Under the pieces are notes generated by a model. It ran no database searches, was not told the DNA's origin, and saw only the letters and a program-made list of their open reading frames with translations. From assembly GCA_002104945.1 (NCBI GenBank), contig MCFH01000003.1, forward strand, positions 1,240,001-1,304,000: a stretch of 64,000 bases of DNA, given 5' to 3'. Made by a program: the position numbers and the translations under genes. This document shows, one piece after another, positions 56,931-64,000 of the stretch; within the stretch, counting starts at the first letter, position 1, and the number at the start of each line of letters is the position of its first letter. The DNA comes from Piromyces finnis finn. Lineage: Eukaryota; Fungi; Neocallimastigomycota.

Positions 56931-59900
56931 ATGGCAAATATGTTTGATTCTGATGGTGAAGAGGAAGTTACCCTCACCATCAATGAAAAATTCGCTGACA
57001 AATACGAAAAAAGAAAACAAAATGAAGAATTAACAAGATGTAATTTTTATTTATTTATTAATATTTAAATATATATATTTTAAAATGAAATAATACCAAA
57101 TAAAAATAGTAAAACGGGAAATTTTTAAAATTAAGATTTCATTTAATGATTTTATAAAATTACATTTCATTCGATAATCCATTTTTTGCATGAATTGGAA
57201 AAAAATAAAACAAATATTATACGTTAATAGAAATATTTATAAATTGAGTTGGATTTTTTTTATAAATTAATTTTAGTAATTAATTTAACAACAACAACAA
57301 CAATAACAATATAATAATAATAATAAAAATAAAAAAGAAAACCAATTAAGAAATTGTCTTTTTATAAAAATAATACTTTTCAAGAATTTTTTTTATTTTA
57401 ATAATCATCCCTAGTTATTGTATCATTTAATTTAATAGGAATATTATTCTAATATTTTAATTCTTTTTAAAATAAAAAATTGAAATTTTTATTGAAAAAT
57501 AGTAAAAGAAAAGTACGGAAATCTTGATGAAAAGAAATTACAATCAGCTGTTGAACGTAAGAAGCAATATTCAAAAGATATTAATGATGCTTCTATTTTT
57601 GACTCTGATGATGAAAGTACTTCTGAAGAAGAAGATGAATATGGTGAATTAATTACACCAGAAGTTGATGCTCAAATTATGAAAACTATTCTTAAGGTAA
57701 AAGCTCACGATAAAGATATTTACGATTCTGAAAAGAAATTCTTCTCAGGTAATATATTTCAGATAAAATCAATCATAATTTTTTTTTTAAAAAAAGAAAT
57801 AATGTATTTTAAAATTTATAAAAAACTAATAACTTACCATATATAATATATTATTATTATATTATTAAATTAATAAAATTTATATTTTAATAAAAAGAAC
57901 AAGAAATGGAAAAAGCTCGTCAATTATGGAAAGAAAAACAAGAAAAACAAAAAGTAATCAAATAATGTTATTAATTTATATATTCTACAATTGCATTATC
58001 ATCATTAACTCAACCAAACATATGGAATACTAATCATAAATATTCATTTCTTCAAATTTCATATATATATATAAATTTTAAAAAAGGCTGAAAAACCAAT
58101 GCATTTAAAAGATTACCATAGAAAGGTTTTATTAGGTGAAATTAAGGATGATGAAGAAGGCGAAGAAAAAAAAGAAAAAACATTTGTTGAAGAACAAAAC
58201 GATTTAAAGAAAGATTTTATTGTAAGCATTTCAAAAGTTTATAAAGCAGAAAAACAATATATAATTTCGAATATAAGAATGTATTGGGAGAAATAGTTAA
58301 TAATTTTATATTTTTAATATATATTTTCCAAAATTTTAATAACAATAGAATGAAGCTAATAATGTTGATGATGATATGGACTCTTTCTTCACATTAAAGA
58401 AAAAGACAAAGGAAGAAGAAGCACAAGAAGAAGAAGATTATAAAACTTTCTTATTAGAAAATATGGCTGATGTAAGCTATTTTTTTTTTTTTAGAATAAA
58501 TCTTTTTTATTTAAATATTTAAATGCATACTTATTCATCTCCTTTATAAACCTATTGGTTTGTTTGATAGGCTGATAATCCAAATGCTCTTCAAGAATGG
58601 AAAACCTACAAAGATAATCCAAATGTTGATAAGAATGAAGCCTTTTTAATGGAGTAATTATTATATTTTTTATACCAAAATAATAAAATCATCTAATTTT
58701 AAACAAATCCAAATGGCATAACCACTATTATTAATATGATTTAAATGTTTTTTTCCCATATATAAAGTTACATTTTAAATCGTGGTTGGATTGAGAAGGA
58801 TAAGAAAAAGAATCCTTTCTCTCTTGATACTGAAGAAATATCCGATGATGAAGAAGAAGTTGATAAGGCTGATAGATTTGAATCACAATATAACTTTAGA
58901 TTTGAAGAAGAGTAATTGAATTATTATTATTATTATTATTTTTTATACCATGCTATTTAAATTATTACAAGATAATACCAATTAATGAATAAGTAATAAA
59001 ATGAATTGTTACTAAAATATTTAATGTATATTTATATATTTATAATACAGAGGTGGTACTCAATTAATTACCCACTCTCGTAATATTGAAGATTCTATGA
59101 GAAGAAAGAATAACTCCAGAAAACAAAAGAGAGAAAATGTTAAACAAAGAAAATTGGAAGAAAAGAATCGCCGTGAAGAAGAATTAAAGCGTTTAAAGAA
59201 CTTAAAGAAACAAGAAATTATTAATAAGCTTAAGCAAATTCAAGAAATTACCGGAAATAAGAGTAAGAATAAAAAAATAACAATAACAATATATATATTT
59301 ATTTTATAATAAAATAAAATTATACCCTTTTTTAAGGATTAATTATTCATCCCTGTCAATCATATCCATAATTGATAATAATTATTAATACATATCATTT
59401 CTCCTTTCATTTTTTTATTAACTTTATTTAATAGATGTTGGTTTTGATGATATTGATCTTGATGGTGATTTCAACCAAGAAGAATATGATAAAAAGATGG
59501 AAAATATTTTCAATGATGAATATTATAATGATGAAGACGCTAACATTAAGCCAGAATTTGCTGATGATATTGATATTGATGATATTGTACCAAAGGAAGA
59601 ATACAATAATACCAATGAAGAAGAAGGTAATGATGGTTATGATGAAAATGCTGAAGCTTATCCAGAAGAACAATATAATGCCAATGCCAATGCCAATGAT
59701 GATGATTTTATCATGGATGCTGATTACTTACCAGGTGGTCAATATTACAATACTAATGAAACTGGAAAGAAGAAGAGTAAGTTTTTTTTTCTTTTTTTCA
59801 CTGTCTTTCTATTTGTTGATAAAAAAGGAGTAGTAATTCCTATACAATTTAATATATAGACTTTGACATATTCTATAATTTTAAAACATTTATTATTATT

Positions 59901-61037
59901 ATTATTTTAATATTTTAATTAACAAATTATAACTATAATAATTACATAAATATAGAATTAAGTAAAAAACAATTAAAGAAAGAAAAGAAATTAGCAAAAA
60001 AGAAGCAAAAGCAATTAGCTAATCAAGTACCAGATGCTGATCCAAATAAATCATTAAATGAATACCTTGATGAATACTATCAATTAGATTATGAAGATAT
60101 GGTAAGTTTTTTTTTTCATTTCTTTTTTAAAAAAAATAGAGTATATAAATGTTTGCATAAATTAATAAAATATATTTTTATTTATTAATTTTTTCTTCAT
60201 TTCATAATGTATGAATGTATTATTATTGAATTATACAATATTAATGCTTAATAAAAATTTTAGATTGGTGATACTCCAACTCGTTTCAAGTATGCAAAGG
60301 TTAAACCAGAAAACTATGGTTTATCTGCTATTGAAATTTTACTTGCTGATGATAAAGATCTTAATGAATATATTTCACTTAAGAAACTTGCTCCGTATGT
60401 ATTTCTTTTTTTTTTTTTTTTCATTAAAATATTATAAATGAAAGTAATAATAATTTATAAGGATTTAAATATTTATTTATAATCATCATCATCATCATTA
60501 TTTTTATAAATAATTTTTATATTTTCTAATATATATTTTTTATTATTATTTTTGGTAATAGACATCGTTCAGAAGAACGTCAAATGAAGGATGAAATCAA
60601 GTTTAATAAGTCAAAGAAGAAGAGATTAAGTGCCTTCCGTAAATCTCTTGAAGAACAAATGAATCAAATCTACGATGAAGAAAATCAACAACAACAAGAA
60701 GATAATTATGGTAAAAAGAATAAAAAGAAGCATGATAAAAAGGATGAATCTGGAGAAAAGAATAAAAAGAAGCGTTCAAGAAAGAAGGCAAAACTTGGTA
60801 AATATATTTATACATTTATGAATAAGATATACCTATAATTATATAATTATAAAATAGTTACATAATTATTATTGCATATTAACCACATTATTTTATTTAT
60901 TTATTTATTATTATTATTATTCTACATTTAATAATAATACTTGTAAACTTATAGATGAATCATCAAATGATAAGAAAAAATCAAAGAAGGGTAAATCAGG
61001 TATTTCCTCTGATAGACTTGCTTCTTATGGGGTTTAA
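56931..61037 (+). CDS. KRI1: 40S ribosome biogenesis factor Kri1
   Basis: LTINEKFADKYEKRK, EDEYGELITPEVDAQIMKTI, KPMHLKDYHR, FLMDYILNRGW, ADRFESQYNFRFEE, HSRNIEDSMRR, RFKYAKVKPENYGL, LNEYISLKKLAPY, ISSDRLASYGV*. Confidence 0.95.
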
Positions 61038-62007
61038 TTTTTTTTTTCTATTTAGAAAGATAGTAGTTGCTTTTCAAAATCATCGAAATACCATTTATAT
61101 ATAAAAACAAACATGAAAAACTGTTAATACCTTCATGATTTTATTTTTACTACTATTACTACTACAAATAAAAATAATCATAAATCATTACTAATTTATC
61201 TTAATTTAATATATATATAAAATCAATATTTATTTTTTTAATTTTTAAATTTTAATAAAAAAAGGACTTTTTTCCTTTTTTTTTTTTTTTTTTTTTTTTT
61301 TCATCTTCTTATTTATATTTATTTTTAGTAATAAATAATAGACCTTTTTATTTTTATTTTACTTTTTTTTTTTTTTTTTTAATACTCTTTATATTATTTT
61401 CACTTTTATCTTTAATATATTTATTATATTTATATTTAAATAAACAAAACATCATTAATAAATAATTAAATGTTAAATCAACATTTTAATAACTTTTTTT
61501 TATTTTTTTTAAAGGGTATTTTGTAAATTCCTTTTTTCTCTTTATCTTTTTATATTTAAATTAAATGATATTTTCAACTACAAATGTGTAGTTTTTTTTT
61601 TTATAGTTTAGTATTATTATAAAGAAAATAATGTTTGGGTATACTTTTTAATAAGTTGATACATAAATTAATAATTTTATATATTTATATATTTTGTTTA
61701 TTTATATATTTATTTTCTTTTTTATTCTATTAATTTATTTACATTACTATTTATTTATGTTTGATTTTTTAAGATTTTCCATTTTAGAATATTCTTATTC
61801 CTATGTAAGAGAAATTTTTGATATATTATGGCCAAAATTTAAATACATATTTTATGTAGTTAGTGAATAATAATAATAGGAATAAATAATAAAAGCATTT
61901 ATTATTATCTTTTTTTTATATATATATATTATCATTACTATTATAATACTTTTAATTATGAAAAAGATACAATTTAATTTTTAATGGTATATATATACAA
62001 AAAAAAA

Positions 62008-62304
<297 letters not shown>

Positions 62305-62348
62305 AATTTCCTGTTTATTTATAATTATTTAAATATATATTTTTAAAG

Positions 62349-62714
62349 TGTGTAAGTGAATTTAATAATAAAAACCGTATTAAATTGCTTACTTTTGTAA
62401 CTGGTAATTCTCAAATTCCAGTTACAGGATTTTCAGATATGATAAATTGCTCTGGGGTTAAAGGCTTTCATATATGTAAGATAGATAGAGAAGATGGATT
62501 ACCAGTTTCTCATACATGGTAATTAAATAGATTTATTATATATATATAATTTTATAATTGATTTATTTAAATTATTTATTTAAATTATAAATATTTTTTC
62601 AATAAATATAGTTTTAATCAAATCGATTTACCTATTTATAAATCATATTCATCATTAAAACGTAATTTATTGTTAGCAATTACTGAAGGTTGTGATTCAT
62701 TTTTAATAAAATAA
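62349..62714 (+). pseudogene. Orphan HECT E3 ligase C-lobe (two exons, catalytic Cys intact)
   Basis: Exon 62349-62518 plus exon 62612-62714 (phase-2 GT..AG intron) give CVSEFNNKNRIKLLTFVTGNSQIPVTGFSDM...[42 protein letters not shown]. This matches the HECT consensus LL.FVTG...P..GF...LP..HTCFN.LDLP.Y...L...L..AI.E. No upstream HECT exons found. Confidence 0.8.
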
Positions 62715-62873
62715 AAAAATTTCATATTGATTATTAATTAAAAAATAAAAAATACAATGATAATTTTTTTTTTTTTTTTTTTCAATATTATTATTTTTAC
62801 ACATAAAATGTTATTAATTTTTAATACTTTAATTTTATATAATTTTATTTCATATTAAGACTTTGTGATAAAA

Positions 62874-62906
<33 letters not shown>

Positions 62907-62972
62907 AATTAATTAATTAATTAATTAATTAATTAATAATAATTCTTTTATAATTAAAAAATCTTTTTTACT

Positions 62973-64000
62973 CTAAGTCTTTAATTCATTAATTAAATTT
63001 TTGATACAATTATTTATTGATGATTCATTAATACTAAGATTTGCCAATATTTTTACCACTTCTTTTTCTTTCTTTTCTAATACAGTTTTTATTATTTCTT
63101 TTTTCTTTTTTCTTTCTTCTTTTTTCTTTTTCTTTTCTTCTTGCTTCTTATTCCTTATTTCTTGTTTCTTTTTCTTTTCTTCTTGCTTCTTCTTCTTTTC
63201 TTCTTGTTTCTTTATTTCTTCTTTTTCCTTTTCCTCCTTTTCTTTTTTCTTTTCTTCTTGTTTCTTTTTCTCTTCTTCTTCTTTTTCTTCATTTATTACT
63301 TCTTCGAAAAAGTCTTTTGGCATGACATTCTTTGGGAAACTATGATAAAATTTGAAATAATTATTAGCTTCTTCGGTGAAACATCCCATGCTTTTAATAT
63401 CATTAATCACTTTATTCCAATTTTCATCCATTTTAAGAGTGGTAGAATTTCCAAAAATAATAAGTGATTTACGTGCACGTGTAATAGCAACATTTAGTCT
63501 TCTTTTATCACGAAGGAATCCAATTTGATTAGTTCTGGAACGAACAGTAGATAGAATAACAATATCACTTTCTTGACCTTGATATCCATCAACTGTAAGA
63601 ACACTAATGAAATCAAGAATATTGGCTTTCATGAATTCATCCATGAATTTTTTATTATCTAAATTAATTTGCTTTTCATAAAATTGAATAGTCATATCAT
63701 TAAGATTATTTATGAATCGTGTTCTTTCTTCATTAAAATATTTTATCAATTTTCTTTTAATTAATGAAACTTGAGCATTATATGGTGATATAATAGCTAT
63801 TTTTTTATTGAAATAAAGATCAGGATATCTATGAAGTAGTTCAACAACACAATTTAAAACTTGAGTAGCTTCTGATTCATTACAACTAGAAGATGAATTA
63901 TTATCAGAAATACTTCCTTTTCCCATTTTACCTGATATATTAAAGAATTGAACTGGTCCTAATTTATAATCATACTTACACCATGGACCAATCCATTCTT
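62973..64000 (-). CDS. Superfamily-1 Upf1/Sen1-like helicase, C-terminal RecA2 (AAA_12) part; 5' end outside the window
   Basis: The frame is open to the window edge (EWIGPW...LGPVQFFNI...SCNESEA). Motifs IAIISPYNAQV, TVDGYQGQESDIVILSTVRS, IGFLRDKRRLNVAITRARK, then a Lys/Glu-rich tail. Confidence 0.9.
   Translation of the reverse strand, partial: EWIGPWCKYDYKLGPVQFFNISGKMGKGSISDNNSSSSCNESEATQVLNCVVELLHRYPDLYFNKKIAIISPYNAQVSLIKRKLIKYFNEERTRFINNLNDMTIQFYEKQINLDNKKFMDEFMKANILDFISVLTVDGYQGQESDIVILSTVRSRTNQIGFLRDKRRLNVAITRARKSLIIFGNSTTLKMDENWNKVINDIKSMGCFTEEANNYFKFYHSFPKNVMPKDFFEEVINEEKEEEEKKKQEEKKKEKEEKEKEEIKKQEEKKKKQEEKKKKQEIRNKKQEEKKKKKEERKKKKEIIKTVLEKKEKEVVKILANLSINESSINNCIKNLINELKT

Noticed and set aside
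62396-62427. 9-bp perfect inverted repeat tgtaactgg...ccagttaca in the HECT exon
   Set aside because: Explained by the coding sequence (VTG...PVT); no evidence for an independent function.
63001-63467. Three Phe/Ser/Leu-rich plus-strand ORFs
   Set aside because: Antisense shadows of the Lys/Glu-rich helicase tail.

Overview
Very AT-rich eukaryotic genomic DNA with many GT-AG introns, long homopolymer runs and microsatellites. A class IV chitin synthase, a delta-tubulin and the extreme AT bias point to a zoosporic fungus, most likely an anaerobic gut fungus (Neocallimastigomycota); this assignment is an inference. Recognisable genes, in order: the 3' end of an unknown gene, an RNF213-C-terminus-like gene, a FYVE+ARM protein, a Cof-type HAD hydrolase, a secreted subtilisin-propeptide-like ORF, MAD2, chitin synthase (CHS3-like), EAF3/MRG15, POP2/CAF1, a small tail-anchored protein, frataxin, beta-tubulin, UCH-L3/YUH1, delta-tubulin, KRI1, an orphan HECT C-lobe, and the 3' part of a Sen1/Upf1-like helicase. 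The most unusual signals are: (1) a 335-nt, about 40% GC, ORF-less, structured element with a 20-nt poly(A) tail and a 15-16 bp target-site duplication (11696-12030); (2) a FYVE zinc-binding motif assembled from consecutive 11-nt and 6-nt micro-exons, plus an apparent 26-nt intron in the same gene; (3) three detached terminal modules of normally large proteins (RNF213-like C-terminus, HECT C-lobe with its catalytic Cys, subtilisin propeptide). I found no rRNA, tRNA or CRISPR array. Exon boundaries were derived by hand and family assignments come from motif recognition, not database searches.
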